A DNA stretch of 64,000 nucleotides. Origin: Spirochaetia bacterium. GTDB taxonomy: Bacteria > Spirochaetota > Spirochaetia > DSM-2461. The stretch spans positions 2,816,001-2,880,000 of the forward strand of contig CAXXIA010000002.1 of assembly GCA_963666985.2 (NCBI GenBank), in the 5' to 3' direction. Each line of letters opens with the position of its first letter. Position 1 is the stretch's first letter. Both the position numbers and the translations under genes were made by a program. The notes under the pieces were generated by a model. The model did not search any database and was not told the DNA's origin. It was given only the letters and a program-made list of their open reading frames with translations. Below are positions 48,601-58,518 of this stretch, piece after piece.

Positions 48601-49020
48601 TTTTCGGCCTCCTGTTTGGGTATATATGACATTTTTGCCGTCGTCTGAGAATCGGAAGTACATGATATGCTTATCGATGGCGCCTTCAACCAGTGTACGA
48701 ACGATAAAACCGGAAGACGATTCCACAAGATACAAATTGCGGTCCGACATAATCAGGAAATAAGCTCCGTCCGGAGACCAGACAACTTTCCCGTATCTGA
48801 AATATTTTCCGGCCGAAGCAACCTGAATACCCAGTTCATCGGAACGAAGACGTCCGGCCCATCTCCGGAAATCCTCCGCTTTCTGCTGCCGATCATTCCG
48901 CAGGGCCGCCAAATACGCCGTATCGGGCGTGTACTGCTGCGCGGAAAGTGAAGCGGGAAGAAGAAAGGTAAGCAGACACAGTATTCGGAAGAGTCTTCGC
49001 GGCTGGGAGTTCTTGTTCAT
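45646..49020 (-). CDS. exported WD40-repeat protein with a C-terminal caspase-like (peptidase C14) domain
   Basis: Signal peptide; many SPDG..WD repeats; FFFAGHG and VLDACNSG catalytic His/Cys. Confidence 0.92.
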   Translation of the reverse strand: MNKNSQPRRLFRILCLLTFLLPASLSAQQYTPDTAYLAALRNDRQQKAEDFRRWAGRLRSDELGIQVASAGKYFRYGKVVWSPDGAYFLIMSDRNLYLVESSSGFIVRTLVEGAIDKHIMYFRFSDDGKNVIYTQTGGRKDGNAINYSVFEIGSGRQIRSLRLSGHQGHPSGTDLSGDGERLVTCSNDNHVMLWDLKTGRKLQDFSGFHFNYSSVHFSPRDETVLLANLGAADSGIKLLNMESGEIEQEWEGIRPSTWSPDGRYLAFTSNDNKTITLADAATGRIIRTFSHEREIKDVQISKDGRFLISNAYGKIYRWNIATGNMDWESSDIYNHRISLTPDNSKIAITGDYDRTLVMLDAGDGKKRYSLEPAATALNTLRIGPDGKTFYCCGMNGLMGRFDLATGRTVQTFVHPNNQRIVLKNREILDISITPSGALAVSGRDNGTVSIWDIPNKRLLNTFNGKNIYGKITDVEISPDGRTLLYSIGGDKTIYAVDVQTGELLREIDSGTGGDTPRDFAYSPDGRFILSHSNGGMALIDGATGRHIRKYHDRSSINFSQSVAFTSDGTLVAGGGLDNQIHLYDMESGRFIRSFIGHENVVNTIAFSSDGRLLASGSNDRTLRLWEKATGKEILTLRGFTGSVNSLAFTIDGSRLLSCSENGIINLWSIPDGRLIYSIVLNPEGNSVVWTPDGYFSGDKEFARKAVYIVNGLTAYSIDQFFDVFYRPDIVEATAAGRDISNLPASRNLTDGFKAPPNITIKAERTNGVFSLINEGDSDYKISDGNLRIRVEASDQGGGVDEIRLFHNGTRVSGTTRGLGSTAHSQNIHTFTIQLSGGENLLRAVGFSDSRVESNPAQALISYRAPRRAEPTLWIISVGINEYRNGRYDLNYAKTDAISFIAAVEKAAGGLFKNIESTLLTDTEATRAGISSAIRGIQSESKPEDVFMFFFAGHGIALEYEETERSEFFFIPTDVTQMTDLSQVERLGLSGPEFEELISAVPARKQFMVLDACNSGAINSAFAVRGAGEEIALSRLSRATGSTLIAASREDQFAQEFATLGQGALTKAILNGLAGEAAQSNGQITVGSLKSYVETNLPELTEEYAGEAQFPTGFVFGQDFPIGLK

Positions 49021-49307
49021 TTATTTCCTCCGAAGCATCAGACCGTGATTGTTTAAAAAAGAAATGGTTGTTTTGAAGAACACTAAAAAGGATTGTATCG
49101 GCACAAAGCTCGTTTTTCCATGACTTTATTCGATGAACGGCGGTTATTGCCGCCGGCTTTGCCGAGAGCCGAACGGCGGTGTTTCTCCGATGAGCCGCTG
49201 TGATTTTTCATCGGCGGACCGCCGATGATTACCGAAAGCGGTTTTTACCGTATCCTAATCTCCGCTCGGCTTGACTGTGCCGTCTTCCGACTTCGATAAT
49301 AACTCCG

Positions 49308-49940
49308 ATGAACGGGAACATGCCGTCGATGGGTTTCTTTTTCTGCTTATTCCTCCTTGCGTTTCCTTCCTGCCGGAACAGTGGGGACATTGCGGCGGTT
49401 GCCGGCGAAATCCCCGATACGGTTTCCGAAAACTTCCGGCAGGTGACTGTTTCTTCAACGGGCCGGATTGAAATTGAGAGTCAAAGGGTGGAAACCTTCG
49501 CCAAGAAGGAGCTTACGGTTTTCTCCGAGGCGTCCGTGAAGGAGTTTGACGCGGAAGGAACACCCACTTTGGAGGGCCGAGCCGATCATATCGAGACCGA
49601 AGGCGGCGGGGAAGGGCATGCCCACGGAGATATTTTTATTCACGATATTCCCGGCGAGTTTCGGCTTGAAGCCGAACGGCTTGAATGGAACGATAAGGAA
49701 CGGCTTCTTACGGGTGTAGGGCCGGTCGATATTGAAACCGGCGACGGTTTGACGGTACGGGGCGAGGGGTTTACGGCGGATATGGCAAGAGAAACGTTTT
49801 CATTTTCCGAGGGCGCCGAAGGGACGTTAACGTCAAAAGATTCGAAGGATTCGGAAGGGAAAGACTCTTCCGGTTCCGTACGTGTGGATTTTAATGATGC
49901 CGGCCGTGAAAAGTCCGTTTCCGGAGGGGAATCATCTTAA
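49308..49940 (+). CDS. lptC: LptC-like lipoprotein
   Basis: Lipoprotein-like N-terminus; LEAERLEWNDKERLL...GEGFTAD; upstream of lptA/lptB. Confidence 0.7.
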   Translation: MNGNMPSMGFFFCLFLLAFPSCRNSGDIAAVAGEIPDTVSENFRQVTVSSTGRIEIESQRVETFAKKELTVFSEASVKEFDAEGTPTLEGRADHIETEGGGEGHAHGDIFIHDIPGEFRLEAERLEWNDKERLLTGVGPVDIETGDGLTVRGEGFTADMARETFSFSEGAEGTLTSKDSKDSEGKDSSGSVRVDFNDAGREKSVSGGESS

Positions 49941-50743
49941 TGTATTGCTTCCGGATTCCATGCTTTTTCACTCTCTTTGTTTTATTGGTTTTTTCCCCGA
50001 TTCTTCCGGGCCTTTTCGCCGAAACATGGAAGTTTTCCGCGGATAAGGTTTCCAGCGCACAGAGTGAGAGGGAAAAATCAACGGTGCTGGAAGGGAATGC
50101 TCGGGTGGAATCCGAAGAAATGGTTATTCTTGCCGAACATTTGAATCTTTCGGGAGACGATTACGGCAATATTACCGGCCGCGGCGGCGTTTCTTTGGAT
50201 GATACCGGAAAGGGCATCCATATCGAATCGGGCCGCTTTGAATACGATAGGGATACGAACATTCTGAAGTTTCGTGATTTGGTAACATTGGTGGACGAGG
50301 AGGAGGGAATCGTCATCAGGTGCGAGTCTTTGGATTTTCTGGAAGACGAAGAGCTCCTTATCCTCCAAGTGGCTGTGCGGCTTATCAAGGACGGGACGGT
50401 GTGTCGAGGCGAATTCGCCACCTTCCGGCGCGAAGAGAATGTTCTGGATATTTCGGGACGCCCCGTGGTATGGCGCGATAGCGATGAGTACCGAGCGGAT
50501 CGCATCCGTATTGATTTGGAAACGGATGAAATAACCATGGAAGGAACCGTTGTCGGAGAACTTACGGCCGAGAACGACGAGAAAAAAGGCGCGGAGGGGA
50601 GTGAAAAAGCGGAAAGGCCGCAGGAACCGTCTTTCGGCGAAAACAGGGATTCCGAAGCACCGCCGCAGGCGCCTCCCGGAGAGTCCCCGAATTCGAATTC
50701 GCCGCCGAACGCTCCCCCCGGCCCGACGGAAGGAACCGAATGA
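49940..50743 (+). CDS. lptA: LptA/OstA-like periplasmic protein with a Pro-rich tail
   Basis: FSADKV, LEGNARV, ISGRPVVWR...YRADRIRIDL; position in the lpt operon. Confidence 0.7.
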   Translation: MYCFRIPCFFTLFVLLVFSPILPGLFAETWKFSADKVSSAQSEREKSTVLEGNARVESEEMVILAEHLNLSGDDYGNITGRGGVSLDDTGKGIHIESGRFEYDRDTNILKFRDLVTLVDEEEGIVIRCESLDFLEDEELLILQVAVRLIKDGTVCRGEFATFRREENVLDISGRPVVWRDSDEYRADRIRIDLETDEITMEGTVVGELTAENDEKKGAEGSEKAERPQEPSFGENRDSEAPPQAPPGESPNSNSPPNAPPGPTEGTE

Positions 50744-51492
50744 GCGAAACACACGGTACGGAGACTAAAGCGATTCTTCACGCCGAGGGATTAAGGAAGC
50801 AGTATCGGGCCAAGCTGGCCGTCGCCGATGTTTCTTTCAGCATGAAACAGGGACAGGTGGTGGGCCTTTTGGGGCCCAACGGCGCCGGGAAGACAACCTC
50901 ATTTTACATGATCGCGGGATTCATTAAGGTTACGTCGGGCAAAGTCTGGCTCGATGAATGCGATATTACGGGGGAGCCCATGTTCAGAAGGGCTCGGCTG
51001 GGGATTAATTATCTTCCGCAGGAGCCTTCGGTTTTCCGTAAGCTCACCGTTGCGCAGAACGTCCTGGCCGTCCTGGAAACGAGGTCCGATTTGGGGAAAG
51101 GCGAAAGACGGGATTTTCTGGATAAGCTTCTCGACGATTTGAAGATTACCGATTTGGCGGGACGGCGGGCCGATACGCTTTCCGGCGGCGAACGCAGACG
51201 GACGGAAGTGTGCCGGGCTTTGGCCACCAATCCCCGGTTTCTTCTTCTGGACGAACCTTTCAGCGGGATTGATCCCATCGCCGTCGGCGATCTTCGCGAT
51301 ATCATCAGCAGTCTGGCCGAACGGGGTATCGGAATTCTCCTTACCGATCATAACGTACGCGATACATTGGCCATAACGGAGCATGCCTACATCATCAATC
51401 ACGGGGAAATCCTTACGGGTGGAACCGCAAAGGAGCTGATGGAAGATGCGCGGGCGAGGGAGATCTATCTGGGGCGTGATTTTTCAATGTAG
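50740..51492 (+). CDS. lptB: LPS export ABC ATPase
   Basis: GPNGAGKTT, YLPQEPSVFRKL, LSGGERRR, DEPFSGIDP, TDHNVR, IYLG. Confidence 0.95.
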   Translation: MSETHGTETKAILHAEGLRKQYRAKLAVADVSFSMKQGQVVGLLGPNGAGKTTSFYMIAGFIKVTSGKVWLDECDITGEPMFRRARLGINYLPQEPSVFRKLTVAQNVLAVLETRSDLGKGERRDFLDKLLDDLKITDLAGRRADTLSGGERRRTEVCRALATNPRFLLLDEPFSGIDPIAVGDLRDIISSLAERGIGILLTDHNVRDTLAITEHAYIINHGEILTGGTAKELMEDARAREIYLGRDFSM

Positions 51493-51598
51493 TTTGGGCG
51501 AAAAGCGCCGTAAGAAGACCGCCGTATAATGACGATTTCTTCTCCGCTTTCCTTGACGCACGCCGAGTATTGAGGGAGCATATCCGTGGAGGTGTATT

Positions 51599-52990
51599 TT
51601 GCCCTTGCAAGGTCAGCGGCTGACGACGACGCAGAGTCTCGCTCAGAAGCAGGTCATAACGCAGAAGCTCATTCAGTCCATCAAACTGATGGCTATGCCC
51701 CTGACGGAGCTCAGGGAGACCATCAGTCAGGAAGTGGAGAAGAATCCGGCGCTGGAGGTTGTTCGGGAAGCGGGAGAAGTGGATGCTCCCACCATTCCGG
51801 AAAGTTCGATTCGCGATGACCGCGTAACCGAATCCGATTTATTCGCCGACAGCTCGGATCCGGGATACCAGCCTGTTCCCAAAGGTGATGCCGACAGCAA
51901 ACAGCGCTTCCTTGAAGGCACGGTATCACGAGCGCCGTCTCTTCACGATCGGCTGATCGACCAGCTTCGATTTCTGGATTTGCCCGCTTCCGTCGCCGAT
52001 CTTGCGGAGAAAATCATCTGGAATCTCGATGAAGACGGATTTCATCGCGAGCCGCCGAATCTGCTCTCTTCCCGCATTCATCCGGAAGATTTGGAGGCCG
52101 CCCTCGCCGCGGTCCGTTCTCTTGATCCCATCGGATGCGGCTGCTCGGATTGGAAAGAGTCGCTGATTATTCAAGCCCGGGTACTCGGCGACGGACCGGA
52201 AGAGTTTGAAAAGTATGTTTCCGAAGCCCTTCCCATGCTTGAAAAAAAGCGCCACGAGGATGTCAGGACGGCATTGAAGTTTTCCAAGGAGGATTGGGAC
52301 GATTTCGAGGAGTACGTGAGGACTCTGAATCCTTTCCCGGGCCGTCTTTATTCCACGGAAACTCCGCAGTACATCATTCCGGATTTAATCGTCCGGAAAG
52401 AGAAGGGCGAGCATGTTCTCATCTTAAACGATGAGGTGCTTCCCGTGCTTCGGGTGGATCCCGAATTTGAACGGATAAAGGATGATGCCGACGGCAACCG
52501 TGAAGCAAAGAGATTTATTTCCGATCATTCCCGTGAAGCCCGATTCTTTATCAACAGTCTTGCCCAAAGAGACAATACGCTGCTGAAAACGGCGAAATGC
52601 ATTATCGAATTTCAGCGGGATTTCTTTTCCGGCGGTCCCAGGTTTTTAAAGCCGCTTACTTTGAAGGACGTGGCCGGTGAAATCGGTGTTCATGAAGCGA
52701 CGGTGTCACGGATTACGACGAATAAGTATATCCAGACCGATTGGGGGCTTTTTGAGCTGAAGTTTTTCTTTACCAATTCCATTTCCGGAGCGGGCTCGTC
52801 CGGTTCGCGTGTTTCCAAGGTGGCGGCCAAAGAAGTTATTAAGGAAATCCTTAATGAACTGGGACCTGACCAGCGCCTTTCCGATCAAAAGCTCAGTGAT
52901 CTTTTAGCGCGGCGCGGCATCAATCTTGCCCGGCGTACCGTGGCCAAATACAGGAAGGAGCTTGATTTGCCATCTTCCTACTATCGATAA
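51599..52990 (+). CDS. rpoN: RNA polymerase sigma-54 factor
   Basis: Gln/Leu-rich region I, HEATVSR, RpoN box ARRTVAKYR; GGAGGT before TTG. Confidence 0.97.
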   Translation: MPLQGQRLTTTQSLAQKQVITQKLIQSIKLMAMPLTELRETISQEVEKNPALEVVREAGEVDAPTIPESSIRDDRVTESDLFADSSDPGYQPVPKGDADSKQRFLEGTVSRAPSLHDRLIDQLRFLDLPASVADLAEKIIWNLDEDGFHREPPNLLSSRIHPEDLEAALAAVRSLDPIGCGCSDWKESLIIQARVLGDGPEEFEKYVSEALPMLEKKRHEDVRTALKFSKEDWDDFEEYVRTLNPFPGRLYSTETPQYIIPDLIVRKEKGEHVLILNDEVLPVLRVDPEFERIKDDADGNREAKRFISDHSREARFFINSLAQRDNTLLKTAKCIIEFQRDFFSGGPRFLKPLTLKDVAGEIGVHEATVSRITTNKYIQTDWGLFELKFFFTNSISGAGSSGSRVSKVAAKEVIKEILNELGPDQRLSDQKLSDLLARRGINLARRTVAKYRKELDLPSSYYR

Positions 52991-53019
52991 TTATAATATC
53001 TACGTCATAGGAGAATGCG

Positions 53020-53319
53020 ATGACGATCGAAGTCAGAGGAACCCACGGTTACAATCCGGGCGACAGCACCAAAGAGTATGTTGAAAAGAAATTGAAGCGC
53101 CTGGACCACGTACAGGATTATGTGGCCAACCTGCATGTCACATTGGACAAGCAGACCAGCGGTGAATTCAAGGCGGAGTCCAACATCCATTTTCGGCGGG
53201 GAAGCATGGGACACATGGCCGTTACCGATCGGGATTTATTTAAGGCCATCGACCTTCTTTTCGATAAAATCGAGCAGAAGGTGAGAAGGGATAAAGATAA
53301 GCTGCAGCAGCATAATTAA
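53020..53319 (+). CDS. hpf: ribosome hibernation promoting factor / RaiA
   Basis: YVEKKLKRL...DLFKAIDLLFDKIEQKVRRDKDK; downstream of rpoN. Confidence 0.9.
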   Translation: MTIEVRGTHGYNPGDSTKEYVEKKLKRLDHVQDYVANLHVTLDKQTSGEFKAESNIHFRRGSMGHMAVTDRDLFKAIDLLFDKIEQKVRRDKDKLQQHN

Positions 53320-53400
53320 AAGCGGTCCGTCGGCCGAATAGTTATAGTCTCTCAGGGAATTCATATCGGACAAGATATCCATACATGGTATATTGGGACT

Positions 53401-54396
53401 ATGAGCAAGTTCACAGTACTGGATTTGATCGATCTCGAGCCGGAACGTCCTAACGCCTTGGATCTGCGGTGTTACTGCGGCAGAAAAGGACTGTCCCGAG
53501 AGATTTTTTCGACGGAAATCAACAGGCCGAGTCTGGCTCTGGCCGGTTTCTTCGAGAAATTCGTCGGGGAACGGATTCAAATCATCGGACGCGGGGAGTT
53601 CGCCTACATAGAAGCGACACCGCGGGAAATCCTTTCACCCCAGCTGGATGAGCTTTTGCAGTACAACATCCCCTGTTTTATTTTTTGCTACGACCTTGAA
53701 CCGCCCGAATATTTCCGGGATGCCGCCGAAGCGGCCGGGATTCCGATTCTTCTTACCCCGCTGGACTCCTCGGCAACGACAATTCGCCTGCTTCGGGCGC
53801 TGGATGATGTTTTCGCACCGAAACAGACCGTTCACGGCGTGTTCGTGGAAGTCGAAGGAATGGGGGTGCTGATCCAGGGAGAAAGCGGTGTCGGGAAAAG
53901 CGAGACGGCTCTGGAACTTCTTGATCGCGGTCACCGTCTCATCGCCGACGATGTGGTTCTTATCAACTGCCTGAACGGCAATATTCTCTGGGGACGCGGC
54001 GCGAGCAAGGTTATGGGACACCATATGGAAATCCGAGGACTGGGGATTATCGATATAGCCCAAGTCTACGGAATGAATGCCGTCCGCGATACGAAGCAGA
54101 TTGAAATAGTTTTTCAGCTTGAAGAATGGGACAGCGGCAAAAATTATGATCGGCTGGGAACTTCCGAGGAGACGACGACGCTGTTAGGTGTTAACATACC
54201 TCTGATAACATTACCTGTGAAACCGGGGCGGAATATCCCCATCATCATCGAGGCGGCCGTATTGAACCAAAGATTGAAGTATCAAGGATTGCATGCGGCT
54301 AAGGAATTCAATAAGAATCTTATTCAGTGGATAGAAAGTGAGAACGCTCGAAATCTTTGGTTCGACAGGTTCTCGAACAGACGGGGTTTAACATGA
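53401..54396 (+). CDS. hprK: HPr kinase/phosphorylase
   Basis: HGVFVEV, GESGVGKSETALEL, LIADD, MEIRGLGII, PGRN. Confidence 0.97.
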   Translation: MSKFTVLDLIDLEPERPNALDLRCYCGRKGLSREIFSTEINRPSLALAGFFEKFVGERIQIIGRGEFAYIEATPREILSPQLDELLQYNIPCFIFCYDLEPPEYFRDAAEAAGIPILLTPLDSSATTIRLLRALDDVFAPKQTVHGVFVEVEGMGVLIQGESGVGKSETALELLDRGHRLIADDVVLINCLNGNILWGRGASKVMGHHMEIRGLGIIDIAQVYGMNAVRDTKQIEIVFQLEEWDSGKNYDRLGTSEETTTLLGVNIPLITLPVKPGRNIPIIIEAAVLNQRLKYQGLHAAKEFNKNLIQWIESENARNLWFDRFSNRRGLT

Positions 54397-54659
54397 CCAC
54401 GCGCGACGTAATGATACTCAATAGGGCCGGGATTCACGCCAGGCCCGCATCTCTGATTGTTCAGACGGCTCAGAAATTTGAAAGTTCCATATGGATCGAA
54501 AAGGAAGATTTTAAAATCAACGCCAAATCGATCATGAACATCCTCACATTAGGGGCAACGTACAAGACAAAGCTCGTTGTTTCCGCGGAAGGACCGGATG
54601 AAGAGGAAGCTGTTGCCGAACTTGCGGCCCTCTTCGACAACAAATTTAAGGAAGACTGA
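54393..54659 (+). CDS. ptsH: phosphocarrier protein HPr
   Basis: GIHARPA (His15), NAKSIM (Ser46). Confidence 0.95.
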   Translation: MTTRDVMILNRAGIHARPASLIVQTAQKFESSIWIEKEDFKINAKSIMNILTLGATYKTKLVVSAEGPDEEEAVAELAALFDNKFKED

Positions 54660-54810
54660 TGACTCCGGCGCCGCTTGTCGCCGAAATCCTTTCGACCTTT
54701 TCAGCGGTTTTCGCCGTTCCGTTCCTCATGGCCGGATTCGCTCATATGAATCCGACCGCTGCCGATGGAATCCCGCGGCCGTGTTTTAATTCTCTTGTGA
54801 GCGTTATAAA

Positions 54811-56550
54811 ATGAAGAAAACCGACAGAATTCTTATACCGCGTTCGGTCGGCCTTGTTTTCGGAATCTCCGCCGTTGTTATTCTTCTGCTTATCATTTGG
54901 GCCGCTCAGTTTCTGAACATCGTGACAAAGAGCAGTTTCGAAGAGATTCCGTTTCTGGTGATTCTCTCTTTTATTTTCCCCATCGCTTTTTTTGTTCCCG
55001 TCGCCGTAAGCCTCCTGCGGTTCTTGATACAGAGGAAAACCGGAGAACCGGGAAGCCGGCTTCGACTTCGTCTTATCGGATCATTCGGTTTGATTATTCT
55101 GGCGACTCTGCTGCCCGCGGGACTTTTTTCCGCTTTATTTTTTCGAACGGCGATTGATATCTGGCTGAATCCCGCCAACGGCCGTGCCCTGGAATCAGGA
55201 GAAGCCTTTGCCGCGAATCTTTATGAGGATTCGATCAAACGTCTTAGCGCCGTAGCCGAAAGCGATTTTCTTGCGGAACTTCTGGAAGAAGAAGAGAACA
55301 TCGGAGATATCTGGAAAGCCTTAAAAGATATTGCACCCTATCTTCACGCCGTGCAGATTATCGGCGGCGGAGAGGCTTGCTGCATGGGAACTCCGTCGTT
55401 GTTCTTTTCGCCGCGCGATATTTCCGGCGGACCGGATAACGGACTTCTTCCTCGGCGCATTACGGAAGAAGGGATGGCTCTTTCGTGGTGCCGAAATATC
55501 GGAAAGAGAACCGTAATACTCACAACACTGCTTCCCGAAAGTTTTCATGCCGATTGGGACCAAGTTACGGAGGCTTTGGAGCAATGGAATCGTTATAACG
55601 GTCATAAAGGGCGAATCGGCGGCACCTTAGCCTTCTTTTTTATATCCCTTATCGGTCCTCTCGCTTTGATCGCGCTGCTCATCGGCATGGCTCTGAGCGA
55701 ACGCATCATCAGCCCTTTGGTAACTCTCGGAGAGGCCACGGCGAAGATTACCGATGGAGATTTCAGTTTTCGTGTTCTGGCGCCCAAGAATGATGAGCTG
55801 ACTTTTTTAACCCAGTCGTTCAACCGCATGATTCGGGAATTGGAAGTCAGCCACGCGAAGATTGTCCAAACCGAAAAAATCGCGGCGTGGCAAATTATAG
55901 CTCAAAGGCTGGCTCATGAGCTTCGCAATCCGCTTACACCCATAAAGCTGACGGCGCAGAGAGTTCAGCGAAAAGCTCTTGAAGATCAATTGGATGCCGA
56001 TTCGCTCGTTAAGTCGATGGAACTTATTCTCCGGGAAGTGGACGGCCTGGATAAGCTCCTTCAGGATTTTCGGTCTTTCGCCGGCAGCGGACCTCCGCAA
56101 TTTGAAGCGGTTCCGCTTAAGCCTTTATTGGAAGAAATCCTGGAGCGGTTTCGTTCCGTAGCTCCCTCGGTTGAATGGGTTCTCGTACCCATGGAGAATG
56201 AACCTGTAATGCAGGCTGATGCCCTGCAGCTTCGGCAGGCGATCGTCAATCTGCTGAAAAATGCCATGGAAGCCGGAGCTGTCAAAGTTTCGGTGAGAGC
56301 GGATATGGTTCGGCGCGGCTCCACCGATTATGCAAGACTGCAGGTAAAAGACGATGGTGAAGGCATTGCTCCCGAGAGAATCTCTTCGGTTTTTCATCCG
56401 TACGATTCCACAAAAGACAGAGGAAGCGGTCTCGGATTGGCCGTCGTTCAGCGAATTATCTATGACCACCGGGGACGAATTTGGTTAGAATCCGAATTGG
56501 GAACGGGAACGGTGTTCTATATCGATTTGCCGGTTAAGGAGGATTCATGA
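54811..56550 (+). CDS. NtrY-like membrane sensor histidine kinase
   Basis: HAMP domain; AWQIIAQRLAHELRNPLTPIKL H-box; NLLKNA, DDGEG, GSGLGL. Confidence 0.9.
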   Translation: MKKTDRILIPRSVGLVFGISAVVILLLIIWAAQFLNIVTKSSFEEIPFLVILSFIFPIAFFVPVAVSLLRFLIQRKTGEPGSRLRLRLIGSFGLIILATLLPAGLFSALFFRTAIDIWLNPANGRALESGEAFAANLYEDSIKRLSAVAESDFLAELLEEEENIGDIWKALKDIAPYLHAVQIIGGGEACCMGTPSLFFSPRDISGGPDNGLLPRRITEEGMALSWCRNIGKRTVILTTLLPESFHADWDQVTEALEQWNRYNGHKGRIGGTLAFFFISLIGPLALIALLIGMALSERIISPLVTLGEATAKITDGDFSFRVLAPKNDELTFLTQSFNRMIRELEVSHAKIVQTEKIAAWQIIAQRLAHELRNPLTPIKLTAQRVQRKALEDQLDADSLVKSMELILREVDGLDKLLQDFRSFAGSGPPQFEAVPLKPLLEEILERFRSVAPSVEWVLVPMENEPVMQADALQLRQAIVNLLKNAMEAGAVKVSVRADMVRRGSTDYARLQVKDDGEGIAPERISSVFHPYDSTKDRGSGLGLAVVQRIIYDHRGRIWLESELGTGTVFYIDLPVKEDS

Positions 56551-57911
56551 GCCGAATACTGATTATCGATGACGAACCGGCGATTCAGGAGGTTCTTAAG
56601 GATATTCTTTCCGATGAGGGTTATGAAGTTTTAACCGCTCATGACGGAATAGAAGGACTTCGACTTTTAAAGACGGAACCCATAGATGTCGTTTTTCTCG
56701 ATGTTTGGATGCCCGGGAAGGGCGGAATCGAGGTTCTGGAGAATATTAAGACCTCATGGCCGGACGTTGAAGTGATTATCGTCTCAGGACATGCGACGGT
56801 GGAAACCGCCGTGAAAGCCATCAAATTGGGTGCCTACGATTATCTGGAGAAACCTCTGGATATCGGACGTGTTCTCACCATCACCCGAAATGCCGTTCGT
56901 ATGGAAGCTTTGCGCAGGGAGAATAAAGCACTGCGCCGCGGAAGGTTCATCGAAGGGGAGATGATCGGAGCCACCGAAGGCATGAAGCGTATCAGGGAAA
57001 TCGTGGAACAGAGTGCTCCCTCCGATTCCCGGGTAATGATTCTCGGTGAGAACGGAACGGGAAAAGAATTGGTTGCCAGGATGATTCACGCCAAGAGCTC
57101 CAGAGTGAATCATTCTTTCGTTGAGGTTAATTGCGCCGCCATTCCCGATAATTTGATTGAAAGTGAGCTTTTCGGTCATGAAAAAGGGGCTTTTACCGGA
57201 GCCGTGGCGAGGCGGCGGGGAAAATTTGAGGCGGCCGACGGCGGAACCCTCTTTATGGACGAAGTGGCCGATATGTCTCTTGAGGCCCAGGCAAAAGTTT
57301 TAAGGGCCATACAGGAGATGACTTTTGAGCGGGTCGGCGGCGAGGAGCCCATTCATGTGGACGTCCGCATTATTTCGGCGACGAATAAGGATATTCTTAA
57401 GGAAGTGAGGGAAGGCCGCTTCCGGGAAGATTTGTATTTTCGCCTGAATGTTATCCCCTTGTCCGTGCCGCCTCTTCGCGAGCGCCGTGAGGATCTTCCC
57501 GATTTGATTCATTACTTTCATCGGTCGCTCTCGAACGGGACTGCGAAGGCTCCGCTGCGTTTTACTTCGGAGGCTCTGCGCTATCTCGGTGAGTATCCCT
57601 GGCCGGGTAATATTCGGGAGTTGAAGAATTTTGTCGAGAGGGTTACCATTCTCGTGGATGAAGCCGAGATTACCGAGGAAACGGCCCGGTATTACCTCGA
57701 TGAAGTCGGAACAAAGCCGGTCGGTTCTTTGGATACGGCATACGAATCCATGAAACTTGGAGAGGCCAGGGATTCTTTTGAGAAGGATCTGATTGAACGG
57801 CGGCTGCAGGCGAATGGATACAACATCGCGAAAACCGCGCAGGCATTGGGTGTGTATCCCAGCAATCTGCACGGAAAGATAAAGAAGCACGGTATCGAGA
57901 TTAAGAAATGA
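56547..57911 (+). CDS. NtrX/NtrC-like sigma54-dependent response regulator
   Basis: Receiver domain; GENGTGKE, ESELFGHEKGAFTGA, WPGNIREL; Fis HTH. Confidence 0.93.
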   Translation: MSRILIIDDEPAIQEVLKDILSDEGYEVLTAHDGIEGLRLLKTEPIDVVFLDVWMPGKGGIEVLENIKTSWPDVEVIIVSGHATVETAVKAIKLGAYDYLEKPLDIGRVLTITRNAVRMEALRRENKALRRGRFIEGEMIGATEGMKRIREIVEQSAPSDSRVMILGENGTGKELVARMIHAKSSRVNHSFVEVNCAAIPDNLIESELFGHEKGAFTGAVARRRGKFEAADGGTLFMDEVADMSLEAQAKVLRAIQEMTFERVGGEEPIHVDVRIISATNKDILKEVREGRFREDLYFRLNVIPLSVPPLRERREDLPDLIHYFHRSLSNGTAKAPLRFTSEALRYLGEYPWPGNIRELKNFVERVTILVDEAEITEETARYYLDEVGTKPVGSLDTAYESMKLGEARDSFEKDLIERRLQANGYNIAKTAQALGVYPSNLHGKIKKHGIEIKK

Positions 57912-58510
57912 AAGCTCCGACGAGACGACAGACCGAAGTTCTCGGATTCATTAAATCGTATATCGCCGGACACAAGTATCCGCCTACAATCAGGGAAATC
58001 GCTTCCCATTTCGGTATCTCGGTTAAAGGTGCCTACGATCACGTCAAAGCTCTTGAGAAGAAGGATCTGATCTCCTGCGACAACAACAGATCCAGGGCCA
58101 TAGAAATCATCGATCCTCCATCGGATGAGAAAGCCGGTCAGATTCAGGTTCCCTTAATCGGCCATGTCGCCGCGGGGCTTCCTCTCTTCGCCGAGGAAAA
58201 CTACGAGGGCTCTCTTTCACTCCCGATTTCCATGGTGGGGAAAGGACAAGTTTTCGCTTTGCGCGTCGAGGGCGACAGCATGATCGGCGCGGGGATTATG
58301 GACGGTGATATTGCCGTTTTTACACATCAGGCCACCGCGGAGAACGGTGAAATCGTCGTGGCGACGGTCGAAGAGGCCGTTACATTAAAGAGGTTTTACC
58401 GGGAAAAGAACCGAGTCCGCCTGCAGGCCGAAAATCCGGCCTATCCTCCCATTTATACGGTTGATGTCCGGGTGCTCGGGCGTCTGGCCGCCATTATCCG
58501 TTCCTACTAG
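57908..58510 (+). CDS. lexA: SOS repressor LexA
   Basis: PPTIREIA wHTH, VAAG cleavage site, GDSM (Ser), TLKR (Lys). Confidence 0.95.
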   Translation: MKAPTRRQTEVLGFIKSYIAGHKYPPTIREIASHFGISVKGAYDHVKALEKKDLISCDNNRSRAIEIIDPPSDEKAGQIQVPLIGHVAAGLPLFAEENYEGSLSLPISMVGKGQVFALRVEGDSMIGAGIMDGDIAVFTHQATAENGEIVVATVEEAVTLKRFYREKNRVRLQAENPAYPPIYTVDVRVLGRLAAIIRSY

Positions 58511-58518
58511 GATTTCCC

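Noticed and set aside
49085..49270. Sigma54 promoter or structured RNA between the caspase gene and lptC
   Set aside because: TCGGCACAAAGCTCG lacks a proper -12 TTGC; the short repeat GAACGGCGGT and palindrome TCATCGGCGG-A-CCGCCGATGA are too slight to call.
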